A stretch of DNA of 63,964 nucleotides, filler included, from 5 parts of 5 records of this genome joined end to end with filler, not necessarily neighbours in it, one strand, 5' to 3'. Counted from the first letter of the whole stretch, positions 8,690 to 19,632 are shown. Numbers and translations are program-made. The notes: generated by a model not told the origin, from the letters alone.

Positions 8690-8728
8690 GGCACCAGATT
8701 GGCGCAGTTGACGCCCCAACAGGGGGCA
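8690..8728. promoter_or_regulatory. Two tandem NtrC-like upstream activator sites
   Basis: GGCACCAGATTGGCGCA (8690-8706; 2 mismatches to TGCACCAnnnTGGTGCA) and CGCCCCAACAGGGGGCA (8712-8728). Both are GC-N11-GC, centres 22 bp apart, upstream of the sigma54 element. Confidence 0.6.
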
Positions 8729-8834
8729 AAACACGCTCACCGATGACCCTGGAACCGGGTATCGCCCGTGACCCGGGGAGCCGGGATACCGTACAATCGC
8801 CTGTTTCCGCCACCCTGACAGGCGACGAGGCGCA

Positions 8835-11399
8835 GTGAGCACAGCCACGGACCAGCAACATACGCCAATGATGCAGCAGTTCCTGCGCATCAAGCGCGAT
8901 CACCCCCACGAGCTGGTGTTCTATCGTATGGGGGATTTTTACGAGCTGTTCTTTGACGATGCCAAACGCGCCGCCGAACTGCTCGATATCACCCTGACTG
9001 CACGTGGCAAAACAGCTGGCGAACCCATTCCCATGTGCGGCGTGCCTTACCACGCAGCCGAAGGCTACCTGGCGCGGCTGGTCAAGGCCGGTGTGTCGGT
9101 CGCAATTGCCGAGCAGATCGGCGACCCGGCAACCAGCAAGGGACCAGTGGAGCGCAAAGTGGTGCGGGTGGTCACCCCAGGCACCCTGTCTGACGAAGCG
9201 CTGCTGGACGAGCGGGTAGACAACCTGCTGCTGGCGCTGAGCCAGCGCGACCAGCAGTTCGGCCTGGCCTATCTGGACCTCAGCAGCGGCCGCTTCCGGG
9301 TACTGGAAGTCAGCGGGGAGGAAGCGCTGGTCAGTGAACTGCAGCGGCTGAATCCCGCGGAAACGCTATACCAGGAAACGATCGGCCACACAGCGGTAAC
9401 CGGTCGCCGCGGCGGGCGCAGCCAGCCCGTTTGGGAATTTGACCTCGAAAGTGCCCGACGGGCGCTCAATACGCAGTTCCAGACCCACGACCTGCAGGGC
9501 TTTGGCTGCGACCATCTGGCGCTGGCACTCGGCGCCGCAGGTTGCCTGCTGCAGTACGTCAAGGATACCCAGCGCGGCAGCCTCCCCCACCTGCGTTCCA
9601 TCAGCCACGAGAACCGCGCCGACAGCGTGATCCTGGACGCCGCCACCCGGCGCAACCTGGAGATCGATACCAACCTGGCCGGAGGCGACAGCAATACCCT
9701 GTTCTCGGTCATGGACCGGGGAGTCACCGCGATGGGCAGCCGCCTGCTGCGTCGTTGGCTGCACCGCCCCCTGACCAATGTGGCGACCCTCAGGGAGCGC
9801 CAGTCCGCGGTGCGCGCCCTGTGCGATAACTACCATTACGAGCCGGTGCGCGAGGCGCTGAAGCCAATCGGCGACATGGAACGCATCCTGGCCAGGGTGG
9901 CCTTGCGTTCCGCCCGTCCCCGGGACCTGACCCGGCTGCTGAGCTCACTGGAAACCCTGCCCCGACTCTGCGCTGAGCTGAGCCACTGCCGCGCCGGGCG
10001 CCTTGAAGTATTGAGCCGGCAAACCGGTGCCTATCCCGCCCTGTGCGAGCTCTTGCAAGCTGCCCTGGTGGACAACCCGCCGGTGGTCATCCGCGATGGC
10101 GGTGTTATTGCCGAGGGCTATGACAGCGAGCTGGATGAATTGCGCCGCATCAGTAGCAATGCCGGCGACTACCTGCTGGAAATCGAACAGCGGGAGCGCG
10201 AGGCCACCGGTATCAGTACCCTGAAAGTCGGTTACAACCGAGTTCACGGCTACTACATCGAGATCAGCCGCAGCCAGTCTGATCGGGCACCGGTCGAGTA
10301 CCAGCGCCGCCAGACCCTGAAAAATGCCGAGCGCTTTATCACCCCGGAGCTCAAGACTTTCGAGGACAAGGCACTGTCCAGCAAAAGCCGGGCCCTGGCC
10401 CGGGAAAAAGCCCTCTATGAAGCGCTAATCGAGCGCCTCAACGAGGATCTGGCGGCGCTGCAGGATACCGCGGCCGCGGTGTCGGAAATCGATGTGCTGG
10501 CCAACCTGGCGGAGCGGGCCGACAGTTTGAGCCTGTGCCAGCCGGAGTTTTGTGAGGAAGAGGTCTTTGAGGTCAACCAGGGTCGCCACCTGGTGGTGGA
10601 ACAGGTTCTGGAAGAACCTTTTATCGCCAATGACGCGCTGCTCAACAGCCAGCGCCGTATGCTGCTGATCACCGGCCCCAACATGGGGGGCAAATCGACT
10701 TATATGCGCCAGAATGCGGTGATTGCACTGCTGGCCCATGTGGGCAGCTTCGTCCCCGCCAGCGCGGCGCGGCTCGCTCCGCTGGACCGCATCTTCACCC
10801 GCATCGGCTCCTCTGACGATCTCGCCTCCGGGCGTTCCACCTTCATGGTGGAGATGACAGAGACAGCAAATATCCTGCACAACGCCACCCCCCGAAGCCT
10901 GGTCCTGATGGACGAGGTTGGGCGCGGCACCAGCACCTTCGATGGCCTCAGCCTGGCCTGGGCAGCCGCCGTGACGCTGGCCCGCTCAGTGCGTGCCTTC
11001 ACCTTTTTCGCCACTCACTACTTCGAACTTACCGCTCTCCCGGAGCAGTGCCCCACTATGGCCAATGTCCACCTGGACGCAACGGAGTACCAGGATCACG
11101 TGGTATTCATGCACAACATCCAGGACGGGCCAGCCAACCGCAGCTTTGGCCTGCAGGTCGCGCGACTGGCGGGAATCCCGGGGCCGGTACTGGCAGCGGC
11201 GCAGCGCAAGCTGCAGGAACTGGAAGACGGTGCCGGGGACAAGGCTGTCGTACCCGCAACCGCGGTCCGCCAGGATGACCTGTTCGCGGCACCTGGCACC
11301 CACCCGGTGGTCGAGCAGCTGCAGGCGCTGGAGATCGACAATCTCAGCCCCAGAGAAGCTCTGCAGAAACTCTACGAACTCAAGGATTCCCTGGGCTGA
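8835..11399 (+). CDS. mutS: DNA mismatch repair protein MutS
   Basis: [66 protein letters not shown]. Confidence 0.98.
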   Translation: MSTATDQQHTPMMQQFLRIKRDHPHELVFYRMGDFYELFFDDAKRAAELLDITLTARGKTAGEPIPMCGVPYHAAEGYLARLVKAGVSVAIAEQIGDPATSKGPVERKVVRVVTPGTLSDEALLDERVDNLLLALSQRDQQFGLAYLDLSSGRFRVLEVSGEEALVSELQRLNPAETLYQETIGHTAVTGRRGGRSQPVWEFDLESARRALNTQFQTHDLQGFGCDHLALALGAAGCLLQYVKDTQRGSLPHLRSISHENRADSVILDAATRRNLEIDTNLAGGDSNTLFSVMDRGVTAMGSRLLRRWLHRPLTNVATLRERQSAVRALCDNYHYEPVREALKPIGDMERILARVALRSARPRDLTRLLSSLETLPRLCAELSHCRAGRLEVLSRQTGAYPALCELLQAALVDNPPVVIRDGGVIAEGYDSELDELRRISSNAGDYLLEIEQREREATGISTLKVGYNRVHGYYIEISRSQSDRAPVEYQRRQTLKNAERFITPELKTFEDKALSSKSRALAREKALYEALIERLNEDLAALQDTAAAVSEIDVLANLAERADSLSLCQPEFCEEEVFEVNQGRHLVVEQVLEEPFIANDALLNSQRRMLLITGPNMGGKSTYMRQNAVIALLAHVGSFVPASAARLAPLDRIFTRIGSSDDLASGRSTFMVEMTETANILHNATPRSLVLMDEVGRGTSTFDGLSLAWAAAVTLARSVRAFTFFATHYFELTALPEQCPTMANVHLDATEYQDHVVFMHNIQDGPANRSFGLQVARLAGIPGPVLAAAQRKLQELEDGAGDKAVVPATAVRQDDLFAAPGTHPVVEQLQALEIDNLSPREALQKLYELKDSLG

Positions 11400-11489
11400 A
11401 CCAGGCCCTTCCTGGGCACTTTCCAGCAGCGGGCCGAGCCGTTAAACTATCGCGCCTTAGGACTGGACCCCATTCAAGGCAGGACAAGA

Positions 11490-11813
11490 ATGACTTTTGT
11501 TGTTGGCGAAGACTGTATCAATTGCAAACACACCGATTGCGTCGAGGTGTGTCCGGTAGACTGTTTCTACGAGGGCCCCAATTTCCTGGTGATTCACCCC
11601 GACGAATGTATCGACTGCGCCCTCTGCGAGCCGGAATGCCCGGTGGATGCGATCTTCTCCGAGGACGAACTGCCGGAGGACCAGCAGGTATTCCTGGAGC
11701 TGAACGCCGAGCTGGCGGAAGTGTGGCCCAACATCACCGAAATGAAAGAAGCGCTGCCGGAATCGGAAGAGTGGGCCGGCAAGCCCAACAAGCTCGCCCT
11801 GCTGGAACGCTAG
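11490..11813 (+). CDS. fdxA: 7Fe ferredoxin (FdxA type)
   Basis: [18 protein letters not shown] and [12 protein letters not shown]; conserved position downstream of mutS. Confidence 0.95.
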   Translation: MTFVVGEDCINCKHTDCVEVCPVDCFYEGPNFLVIHPDECIDCALCEPECPVDAIFSEDELPEDQQVFLELNAELAEVWPNITEMKEALPESEEWAGKPNKLALLER

Positions 11814-11831
11814 GCCCTATCCCGTAAAAGC

Positions 11832-11859
11832 AAAAACCCCGCCATCGGCGGGGTTTTTT
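11832..11859. terminator. Bidirectional intrinsic terminator
   Basis: AAAAACCCCGCC-ATC-GGCGGGGTTTTTT between convergent genes. Confidence 0.9.
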
Positions 11860-11882
11860 ATGCGCCCTGTATGGGGACTTGC

Positions 11883-12986
11883 TCAGCCAGTCGCCAGCTG
11901 GTGCAGACGGAAACGGGAGCCGGAACGCCCGGATACCTCGACCTTGCAGTTGCTCCAGCCGACCGGCACATCCCAGGGGTCAGTGCTGGGAAACCGCAAC
12001 TGCCGATCCCCTTCATTACAGGCCAGCAGTACCCCGTCAACCTTGCCGCGGATATCACGCAGGGTGAACCGGCTGCGCGAGAGATTGATTTCCCAGGCCC
12101 CAGGGCCCCCGCGATAGATTGGCGTCAGCTCACCGTCAATTGCCACGTCGGGATTGCTGCGAAAGCTGCGGTCCGCCGCAAGGTGTTTCTGCTTGGCCCG
12201 CTCGGTAACCTCGCTGCCGGCACCGTGGGCGATCATCCTTTGCAGGGTCTGCCCGGCATCCGCCAGCATGTTGCGCTCCACCTGCAGGGTGTGGATCCGC
12301 TCCAGCATCAACAGGTACTGGCTCAATTCGATATAGCGATTGCGGAAGCGATTGCCGTCGGCCAGGGTCTGTAACTCCACCGCCCGCTCCAGATGCTGCA
12401 ATTCTGCCGCGGAGTCCTCAAACCGGCTCATCAGTGAGGCAGCCAAAATCTGCAGCTTTACCTCTTCAAAGGCGCTGCGCCCCGGCAGGTCTTTCAACTG
12501 CCCGGCAAGTTCAAAGGCGCCGTCGTAATCCTCTTCGTTAAACCGAGCCCAGGCGGCCTGGTATTTCTGGTCAAAATCAGGCGAGAGCGCCCGCGGTTTA
12601 TCAACAATCCAGGTGTAGAACACCGGGCCCACGAACACCTTTACCGGCGCGCCATTACGCATGGCAGGACGGTAGCTCTGCGCGTTGACCTGGTTGAGGA
12701 TGCTCTGCTCAACCTCCAGAACACCGTTAGAGCTGTGGATCTCGGCATTGACAACGGCACCGGTAGTATCGATCTCGTAGGTATACACCAGCCAGGCTTC
12801 GTTATCGTAGGTCGGATCGAGGGACGGATCCCCCATGCCGGGATCCAGTTTCTGTGGCGGCACGAACTGGGCCTGCGCCGGCTGGGCTGTCCAGGCCAGC
12901 AGAGCGAGGAGCAGCAGGCACCATAGCCCGTAACCTGTGCCTGAGCTTGAAAACTCTCGTGCGACTGCCGATGCAGGGCGTGCCAT
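11883..12986 (-). CDS. Exported protein with TonB C-terminal-like domain, helical (TPR-like) middle and beta-rich C-terminus
   Basis: Signal peptide ending AQA; segment YEIDTTGAVVNAEIHSS...SYRPAMRNGAPV resembles TonB_C. Confidence 0.7.
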   Translation of the reverse strand: MARPASAVAREFSSSGTGYGLWCLLLLALLAWTAQPAQAQFVPPQKLDPGMGDPSLDPTYDNEAWLVYTYEIDTTGAVVNAEIHSSNGVLEVEQSILNQVNAQSYRPAMRNGAPVKVFVGPVFYTWIVDKPRALSPDFDQKYQAAWARFNEEDYDGAFELAGQLKDLPGRSAFEEVKLQILAASLMSRFEDSAAELQHLERAVELQTLADGNRFRNRYIELSQYLLMLERIHTLQVERNMLADAGQTLQRMIAHGAGSEVTERAKQKHLAADRSFRSNPDVAIDGELTPIYRGGPGAWEINLSRSRFTLRDIRGKVDGVLLACNEGDRQLRFPSTDPWDVPVGWSNCKVEVSGRSGSRFRLHQLATG

Positions 12987-13094
12987 AAGTGAACCACTGA
13001 GGTCTGAAACAGCTCTTTATTCTAGCAGAGCCACCGCAACGGGGAACAGCCAGCACTGGCAGCCCGCCAGACACAAGTTTGCTACACTTCGACC

Positions 13095-13862
13095 ATGACC
13101 GACGACACATCCGGATTTCATCTCGACTGGCGCGTGGCCTTCGGCCTCGGCGTCACGATCTGCTGGATGAGTGCGGGGCTTGTTTACCTGCTGGCGGTGG
13201 TTGGCTGGAACAACTTCGTCCACCTGCCAACCGCTGATATCGGTAGCTTCCTCGAAGGGGCATTCGCGCCGCTGGCGTTTCTCTGGCTGGTTATCGGCCA
13301 CTTCATGCAGCAGAAGGAAATCACCGCCAATACCAAGGCTATCAACCTGCAGGAAATGAGCGCGCGGCGTCTTGAGCTGCACTCCCGCCGTGACAGCTAC
13401 TTCAAACTGCTTAACCTGGTGCAGGACCAACTGGGTTCAATCGCCGGCTTTCACTATATCTCGGTACTGGGTTCCACCGGCACCGGGGAAGTGAGTTCGG
13501 AAGAATTCACCGAGATGCGCTCAAGCTCAAGCACCGGGGACCCGACCCTGTTCGTGCGCAAGATGATTTCGCTGCTGGTCCAATACCGGGAAGACGAAGA
13601 CGCCACCCGTGAGATCCTGTTCGGGACCGAGATACGCAAGCGCCATGCGGACAATTTCGTAAAAACGTTTCGCAAGCTGCTGGACGCTGCCTACACGGTG
13701 GATACCGATAACATGGTTTCCGATGCCCTGCTGTACGGATCTGCCAACGGTATTTATTACCGGATCATCCGCCACGCCAGTGGCGAAGAAGGCATGGATC
13801 CCATCAGCGGAATGACGACGGTGCAATCCCGCGATAGCTTGCAGGCCGCGAAACCGGCCTAG
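13095..13862 (+). CDS. Hypothetical membrane protein (two N-terminal TM helices)
   Basis: Hydrophobic segments around IGSFLEGAFAPLAFLWLVIGHFMQQKE followed by a soluble helical region; stop overlaps the convergent gene's stop. Confidence 0.8.
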   Translation: MTDDTSGFHLDWRVAFGLGVTICWMSAGLVYLLAVVGWNNFVHLPTADIGSFLEGAFAPLAFLWLVIGHFMQQKEITANTKAINLQEMSARRLELHSRRDSYFKLLNLVQDQLGSIAGFHYISVLGSTGTGEVSSEEFTEMRSSSSTGDPTLFVRKMISLLVQYREDEDATREILFGTEIRKRHADNFVKTFRKLLDAAYTVDTDNMVSDALLYGSANGIYYRIIRHASGEEGMDPISGMTTVQSRDSLQAAKPA

Positions 13863-14470
13863 AAATGTTCCAACGCTAAGCGCCGGAACCGTACCTCACC
13901 TTCACCCCAGCGCTGCAGCGCAATAAATCCGGCCGTCGCGTCGGCATCATCCAATACGGCGGTCGTCACCCCGTTGACCCGCACTGTGATTTCAGGACCG
14001 CGCGCGGTTACGGCCAGCGTACTCCAGCGCCCTGCCGTGTCGACCTGTGCCAGTGGCGGCATGAACCGAAAGACGATCGCACCGGTGCGGGCTTCCTGCT
14101 GCGGATGGGCATCCCAGATATTCAGCTCATAGCAGGTATCAGGATGAATGTAGTCGGGGTTCTGGCAGCGGATAAAGATGCCGGAATTGGTCGTGGCATC
14201 CACCAGGAATTCCGCCTCCAGGTGAAAGTCGCCATAGCGGCCATCGTGCACCAGGAAGCCGTCACCCAGACCTCCGCCGACAATATTGCCCGCCTCTACC
14301 TGCCAGTCTGCGTCCCCCTGCACACGCCACCCGGCCAGAGTCTGGCCGTCGAAGAGTGCAAGGCTCGCGGCGACGCAGACGTATGAGAAAGCGAGTGCCG
14401 GCAGCACGGCAGACTGCGCTGCGCGCACCACCGTGGTCAGGCGAGGGAAGGCAACAGGGACGCAAGCCAT
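13859..14470 (-). CDS. DUF1080 / 3-keto-disaccharide hydrolase-like protein (start uncertain, possibly 14407)
   Basis: LFDGQTLAGW, YGDFHLEAEF, NSGIFIRC, YELNIWD, TGAI, GFIALQ, VRFR motifs. Confidence 0.85.
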   Translation of the reverse strand: MACVPVAFPRLTTVVRAAQSAVLPALAFSYVCVAASLALFDGQTLAGWRVQGDADWQVEAGNIVGGGLGDGFLVHDGRYGDFHLEAEFLVDATTNSGIFIRCQNPDYIHPDTCYELNIWDAHPQQEARTGAIVFRFMPPLAQVDTAGRWSTLAVTARGPEITVRVNGVTTAVLDDADATAGFIALQRWGEGEVRFRRLALEHF

Positions 14471-14507
14471 TTCAGCTGGGGTGCAGGCTGGAAGCGCATC
14501 GGCGCAA

Positions 14508-15569
14508 TCAGCTGAACAGCGACTCGCCGGTAAGACCCTGGGTTTCCATGATGCTGCGCAAGCGCTTAAGGGCTTCCACCTGGATCTGGCGGACCCGTTC
14601 GCGGGTCAGGCCAATTTCACGACCGACCTCTTCCAGGGTGCTGCTTTCGTAGCCGCGCAGACCGAAGCGCCGGGATACCACCTCGCGCTGCTTCTCGGTC
14701 AATTCCTCCAGCCAGGAAGCGATGCTGTCCTTGATGTCGCTGTCCTGCAGCAACTCAGAGGGGTCTGACTCCCGGGTGTCAGCAATCGTGTCGACTACTG
14801 AGCGCTCGGAATCGGGACCGACCGGGGTATCGACCGAGGTTACCCTTTCATTGAGACCCAGCAGGCGTTTAACGTCTGATGCCGGTTTGTCGAGCATGTC
14901 GGCGATCTCTTCCGCCGTCGGTTCATGATCCAGTTTCTGGGTCAGTTCCCGCGCCGCACGGAGGTAGACGTTCAACTCCTTGACCACGTGAATCGGCAGG
15001 CGAATAGTGCGGGTCTGGTTCATTATCGCCCGCTCGATGGTCTGGCGAATCCACCAGGTGGCATAGGTCGAAAACCGGAAGCCGCGCTCCGGATCGAACT
15101 TCTCCACAGCACGGATAAGCCCGAGGTTACCCTCTTCAATCAGGTCGAGCAGGGTAAGTCCGCGGTTGATATAACGTCGGGATATCTTGACCACAAGGCG
15201 CAGATTGCTTTCGATCATCCGCCGGCGACCGGACTCATCGCCTTTGCGCGCCAGCCGGGAATAGTACTTTTCCTCGTCGGCGGTAAGCAGCGGCGAATAG
15301 CCGATTTCATTCAAATAAAGCTGGGTCGCGTCGAGAGACTTCTCAACGCTGCGCGCGGCCTTGGCGCTTTCAAAAGCCGCCTCGGCGGCAGCTTCCGCTT
15401 CCTCCGCCGCGCTGTCGTCCTCAGGACCTGCGTCCGCAGACAACGTATCCTCGACATCCCGGGAAGCTTTACTGCGACGGGCGTCAGTAGCCCGCGCTCC
15501 CCTGTTACTTGTACCCCTTCCCGATTTTGGCGTCCTTTTCGGGTTGGTGTCAGGTGCATCCAGATCCAT
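14508..15569 (-). CDS. rpoS: RNA polymerase sigma factor RpoS
   Basis: [74 protein letters not shown]; downstream of nlpD. Start set at ATG 15569. Confidence 0.96.
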   Translation of the reverse strand: MDLDAPDTNPKRTPKSGRGTSNRGARATDARRSKASRDVEDTLSADAGPEDDSAAEEAEAAAEAAFESAKAARSVEKSLDATQLYLNEIGYSPLLTADEEKYYSRLARKGDESGRRRMIESNLRLVVKISRRYINRGLTLLDLIEEGNLGLIRAVEKFDPERGFRFSTYATWWIRQTIERAIMNQTRTIRLPIHVVKELNVYLRAARELTQKLDHEPTAEEIADMLDKPASDVKRLLGLNERVTSVDTPVGPDSERSVVDTIADTRESDPSELLQDSDIKDSIASWLEELTEKQREVVSRRFGLRGYESSTLEEVGREIGLTRERVRQIQVEALKRLRSIMETQGLTGESLFS

Positions 15570-15718
15570 GGCTATACCCCTTATTCTTCGACTTTTAATA
15601 CTGAGTATTACACGCCGGCCAAACAGATTACCCCAAGCGCCCCTGAAAAAACAAGCTGTCAGAACGCAAGCCCAGCACCCCCTTTGGGGCAAGCCCGTGT
15701 CTTACCGCGTACCGGCGG

Positions 15719-16501
15719 TCAGCGGCGCGGCAAGACCTTGAGCGGGTCAATCGGCTTACCGTCGCGGCGAATCTCGAAATGCAGCTTCACCGTATCGGTC
15801 CCACTGCTGCCCTTGTCGGCAATGCGCTGACCGGCGGCGACCATCTCGCCCTCACCGACCAACAGTCGGTCGTTGTGGCCGTAGGCGGAGAGATACTGCT
15901 CGTTGTGCTTGACGATGAGCAGCTCGCCGAAGCCGACAATTCCGGTGCCGGCGTAGACGACCCGCCCCGGCGCAACCGCGAGAATCGCGTCGCCCCGCTC
16001 GCCCCCGATATCAATGCCCTTGTGCACGCTACCGGAATAACTGCGGGTAACCCGACCCTGGGTCGGCCAGCGCCAGGTCTTTACCGGTCCGCCGGCAACA
16101 GCAGGGCTGTTAGTTGTAACGGCTGATGATGACGATTGCGTGACCGGCGGTGAAGCTTTTGCGGTCCGCTCGACGGGCACCGGTACCGGAGCCGGTTTCG
16201 CCGTTGTGGACGGCACCGGGGCGGGCCGGCTGCTTACTGGCGCCGGGGCAGCGGTAAGGCTCAGCTTCTGTCCCGGGTAAATGGTGTAAGGCGCGGCAAT
16301 ACGATTGGCGGCGGCCAGCCGGCGATAGTCCAGGCCATAGGAGAAGGCGATGCCATAGAGCGTATCGCCTTGACGCACCGTGTAGCTTGCGGGAGCCGGC
16401 CCCTGAGACCTCGCGCGACGATCCTCGATCGGTGCTTGCGGGCTACTGCCGCAGGCCTGCAGCAGGTACAGCAGAAGCAGTCCTGTCGCTAGGCGCTGCA
16501 T
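15719..16501 (-). CDS. nlpD: Lipoprotein NlpD (LysM + M23)
   Basis: Lipobox LQAC, LysM (YTVRQGDTLYGIA), M23 (KGIDI, YLSAYGHN, KLHFEIR); upstream of rpoS. Confidence 0.93.
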   Translation of the reverse strand: MQRLATGLLLLYLLQACGSSPQAPIEDRRARSQGPAPASYTVRQGDTLYGIAFSYGLDYRRLAAANRIAAPYTIYPGQKLSLTAAPAPVSSRPAPVPSTTAKPAPVPVPVERTAKASPPVTQSSSSAVTTNSPAVAGGPVKTWRWPTQGRVTRSYSGSVHKGIDIGGERGDAILAVAPGRVVYAGTGIVGFGELLIVKHNEQYLSAYGHNDRLLVGEGEMVAAGQRIADKGSSGTDTVKLHFEIRRDGKPIDPLKVLPRR

Positions 16502-16514
16502 GTCAGCAGGCCGC

Positions 16515-17441
16515 TCAACGCTCGCTGCCGATACTGCCCCAGCGTGCCTCGATCAGCCACACCGTGAGGAAGCCGGTTACCATGAGGGCGATACAGAGCA
16601 CCACCTGGGGGTCGGTACCGGTGGCCGTTAAAAAGTCAGCGGGCAGCACCGGCACCTGTTGCGCGGCTTTCAGCTCGCCGTGCCGGTCGGTTACCCAGCC
16701 AAGCACCTTTTTCCAGGGCCAGACGATAGCCAGCGAACCGAACAAAAAACCGGTGAGCAGGGCCATGGTCGCTTCGTGGGCACGCTGGAGTAGCCAGTGC
16801 AGCAGGCGGGAAAACACCATCAAACCGCAAGCTGCACCCAGGGCGAACACCAACAGGAAGCCGAGCTCAAAATTCTTCAGTGCCGCCAGCACGGTGGCAT
16901 ACATGCCCAGCAGGACCAGGATGAAGCTTCCGGAAATACCCGGCAGGATCATCGCGCAGATTGCGATGAAGCCGGCAAGGAACACGCCGGCGAGCCCGCC
17001 ACCGAGGCCGAGCACCGGTGCCAGTGCAATCGCCAGCGCGGTACCGGTGCCGGCCAGCAGGCAGAGCGCCCGCAGCGCAGTCCAGCGCGGCACCTCTCGC
17101 AGCAACACCAGCGCGGAAGCGAGAATCAGGCCGAAGAAGAACGCCCACAGCGGCACCGGGTGGTGCTCCAGTAGCCAGGAAAGCACACGGGCCAGGGACA
17201 GGATGCTGGTCGCGATCCCCAGAACCAGGGCCAGCAGGAAACCGCCATCGACATGGTGCCAGGCGCCGCGAATGTCAGCCGCCAGCAACAGCCGTATGCA
17301 GGCCAAATCAAAAGAGCGAATACTGGTGAGCAGCCGGTCATAGATACCGGTGATAAAGGCCATGGTGCCACCGGAGACGCCGGGAACGATATCGGCCGCA
17401 CCCATCAGCATGCCGCGCAGGAAAATTCCCAGGGAAGTCAT
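16515..17441 (-). CDS. DUF368 family membrane protein (undecaprenyl-phosphate recycling-associated)
   Basis: Duplicated motif MGAADIVPGVSGGT / AMILPGISGS; multiple TM helices. Confidence 0.9.
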   Translation of the reverse strand: MTSLGIFLRGMLMGAADIVPGVSGGTMAFITGIYDRLLTSIRSFDLACIRLLLAADIRGAWHHVDGGFLLALVLGIATSILSLARVLSWLLEHHPVPLWAFFFGLILASALVLLREVPRWTALRALCLLAGTGTALAIALAPVLGLGGGLAGVFLAGFIAICAMILPGISGSFILVLLGMYATVLAALKNFELGFLLVFALGAACGLMVFSRLLHWLLQRAHEATMALLTGFLFGSLAIVWPWKKVLGWVTDRHGELKAAQQVPVLPADFLTATGTDPQVVLCIALMVTGFLTVWLIEARWGSIGSER

Positions 17442-17445
17442 CGCG

Positions 17446-18108
17446 CTAGCGCACCGTGCCGGTCAGCAAGGGCACGAACCGCGCCTCTTCGATCACTTCG
17501 GTAACGAAACCTTCCTCGCTGCGGGTAACAACCTGCAGGTGCTGCTGATCACCCCCCACGGGCAATACCAGGCGCCCACCCAGGGCGAGCTGGCGCAGCA
17601 GTTCCACCGGGATATGCTCCGCGGCAGCGGCGGAGAGAATGCCGTCGAAGGGGCCCTGTGCCTCCCAGCCGAGGCTGCCATCGGCGTGCCGCAACTGGAC
17701 GTTGCGCAGTTTGAGCTGACGAATACGCTGGCGCGACTTGTCGAGCAGGGGCTTGATCCGCTCCACCGCAAATACCTCGTCTACCAACTGGGCCAGTACC
17801 GCCGTCTGGTATCCCGAGCCGCTGCCGATTTCGAGCACCCGGTGTCGAGGCCCCGTAGCCAACAGCAGTTCTGTCATTCTGGCGACTGTGTAGGGTTGCG
17901 AGAGCGTCTGGTTGAACCCGATTGGCAGTGCGGTGTCCTCGTAGGCACGGTGTGCCATAGCCTCATCGAGGAACAGGTGGCGGGGCGTGGTGCGGATAAC
18001 GTCGAGCACTGCGCTGTCGGCAATACCTTGTTCCACCAGGCGCTGGATGAGTCGCTCGCGGGTCCGCTGGGAGGTCATCCCGATGCCGCTTAGATCCGCA
18101 CTAGTCAC
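17446..18108 (-). CDS. pcm: Protein-L-isoaspartate O-methyltransferase
   Basis: [51 protein letters not shown]. Start set at GTG 18108, overlapping the truD stop. Confidence 0.95.
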   Translation of the reverse strand: MTSADLSGIGMTSQRTRERLIQRLVEQGIADSAVLDVIRTTPRHLFLDEAMAHRAYEDTALPIGFNQTLSQPYTVARMTELLLATGPRHRVLEIGSGSGYQTAVLAQLVDEVFAVERIKPLLDKSRQRIRQLKLRNVQLRHADGSLGWEAQGPFDGILSAAAAEHIPVELLRQLALGGRLVLPVGGDQQHLQVVTRSEEGFVTEVIEEARFVPLLTGTVR

Positions 18109-19156
18109 CGCTGCCGACACTCCCCCGATCCCTTTCGCTGAAATCAAAAAGCTCCGCCACGACTGCCGTCGCGTAGCTGCCCGCCCCCAGGCTGAATTCC
18201 AACTGCAAGGCGCCATCATCACAAAACTGCCAGGAAAAGTCATCAGCCAGGGCGCGGGCGGGGCGATAGGCAAGCTCCAGCCCCTGGGCAACCAGCGCGT
18301 CCGCCAGCGCGGCGTCTTCCCCCAGCGCGGCGCGCTGTCGTTCCAGCTGTTCCTCGCTGCTCAACGCACGCCCCCTGCCCCACAAAGGCAGGCCAGGATG
18401 CAGGTCGCCGCCGGCACAGCGCGCCACGATAGTGTCATCGACCTGCTCGCAACAGAACACGCTGCGGGTGCCCTGGAGGATACAGGCATCGCCGGTGGAG
18501 ACCGTGTTCCAGGTCCCCTCCCTTACCCGGACCGCCAGCAGGCGATTGAACAATGCCGCACGCATTGCCGACAGGTAGAGACTGCGCCGGTTGCGGCTTA
18601 TCCGCGGCGCCCCCTGCTCCAGCCATGCCCGGGCCTGGTGCAAGGTGCTGCCACCGTGACCGAAACGCTGGGGGCCGAAGTAGTTGGGCACGCCTTCGCG
18701 AGCTACCAGGGCAAGACGCGCCTCCAGAGCCTGGGCATCGACCGCCAGTTCCCTGGCTACCAGGATAAACCGGTTACCGCGATGGACACCGCGGCGCAGC
18801 TTACGCAGATGCCGACGGCTCTCCAGAATCCGGATGGCCCCGTCAGCTTGCAGCTGCTGCCAGTCCGGCTCCGGCCGACCGGTCAGGCAGACACTCAACC
18901 ACTGGCGGGTAATGGCGCTGCGGTCCTTGAGCCCGCTATAGCCCACATCCCGCCGTGGGACACCCGTAAGACGTGCGATGCGTTCCACGACATCTGCGGT
19001 ATTGAGGCCGGTTTTTTCAATATGAAGAAAGAGGTGTTCGCCCTTACCCTCGGGCTCGAATCCGAGGATCTCCTCTACCAGGAAATCACCCGGACTACTG
19101 CGCAGGCGACCCTGGCCAAGGGACTCGCCCCAGGCCCGTGGCGTCAGTTCGTTCAT
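18101..19156 (-). CDS. truD: tRNA pseudouridine(13) synthase
   Basis: [41 protein letters not shown]. Confidence 0.95.
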   Translation of the reverse strand: MNELTPRAWGESLGQGRLRSSPGDFLVEEILGFEPEGKGEHLFLHIEKTGLNTADVVERIARLTGVPRRDVGYSGLKDRSAITRQWLSVCLTGRPEPDWQQLQADGAIRILESRRHLRKLRRGVHRGNRFILVARELAVDAQALEARLALVAREGVPNYFGPQRFGHGGSTLHQARAWLEQGAPRISRNRRSLYLSAMRAALFNRLLAVRVREGTWNTVSTGDACILQGTRSVFCCEQVDDTIVARCAGGDLHPGLPLWGRGRALSSEEQLERQRAALGEDAALADALVAQGLELAYRPARALADDFSWQFCDDGALQLEFSLGAGSYATAVVAELFDFSERDRGSVGSGD

Positions 19157-19632
19157 TCGTCGGCTGCTTTAAGCAGCACCACCGCATGCGCGGCAATGCC
19201 TTCACCGCGGCCCGTGAAGCCGAGCCCTTCAGTGGTGGTCGCTTTTACATTCACCTGCGCCGGGTCAGCACCGAGGTCTGCGGCCAGGTTGTCGCACATA
19301 CGATCGATATACTGCGCCATACGCGGCGCCTGGGCGACGAGGGTGGCATCCATATTCGCCAGGCGCCAGCCCGACTCGTGCAACAGCGCCACAACCCGAC
19401 GCAGCAGAATGCGGCTGTCGATATCCGCATTGGCGGAGTCGGTATCCGGAAAATGCAGGCCGATATCTCCGGCGCCAATAGCCCCCAGCAGCGCATCGCA
19501 GAGCGCGTGAATGAGCACGTCGCCGTCTGAATGCGCCACCAGCCCCTGGTCGTGGGCAATCCGCACACCGCCGAGCACCACATGATCGCCGGCGCCGAAG
19601 CGGTGCACGTCATAGCCGTGGCCAATTCGCAT
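19153..19632 (-). CDS. ispF: 2-C-methyl-D-erythritol 2,4-cyclodiphosphate synthase
   Basis: [47 protein letters not shown]. Confidence 0.97.
   Translation of the reverse strand: MRIGHGYDVHRFGAGDHVVLGGVRIAHDQGLVAHSDGDVLIHALCDALLGAIGAGDIGLHFPDTDSANADIDSRILLRRVVALLHESGWRLANMDATLVAQAPRMAQYIDRMCDNLAADLGADPAQVNVKATTTEGLGFTGRGEGIAAHAVVLLKAADE

Noticed and set aside
8689-8703. Plus-strand sigma54-like TGGCAC-N5-TGGC pointing at mutS
   Set aside because: Imperfect -12, and better explained as the NtrC-like dyad; mutS has a TACAAT -10-like element nearer its start.
8601-9053. N-terminal extension of the 616-aa ORF in the track
   Set aside because: Overlaps mutS antisense and the promoter elements; RBS and sigma54 site support the start at 8600.
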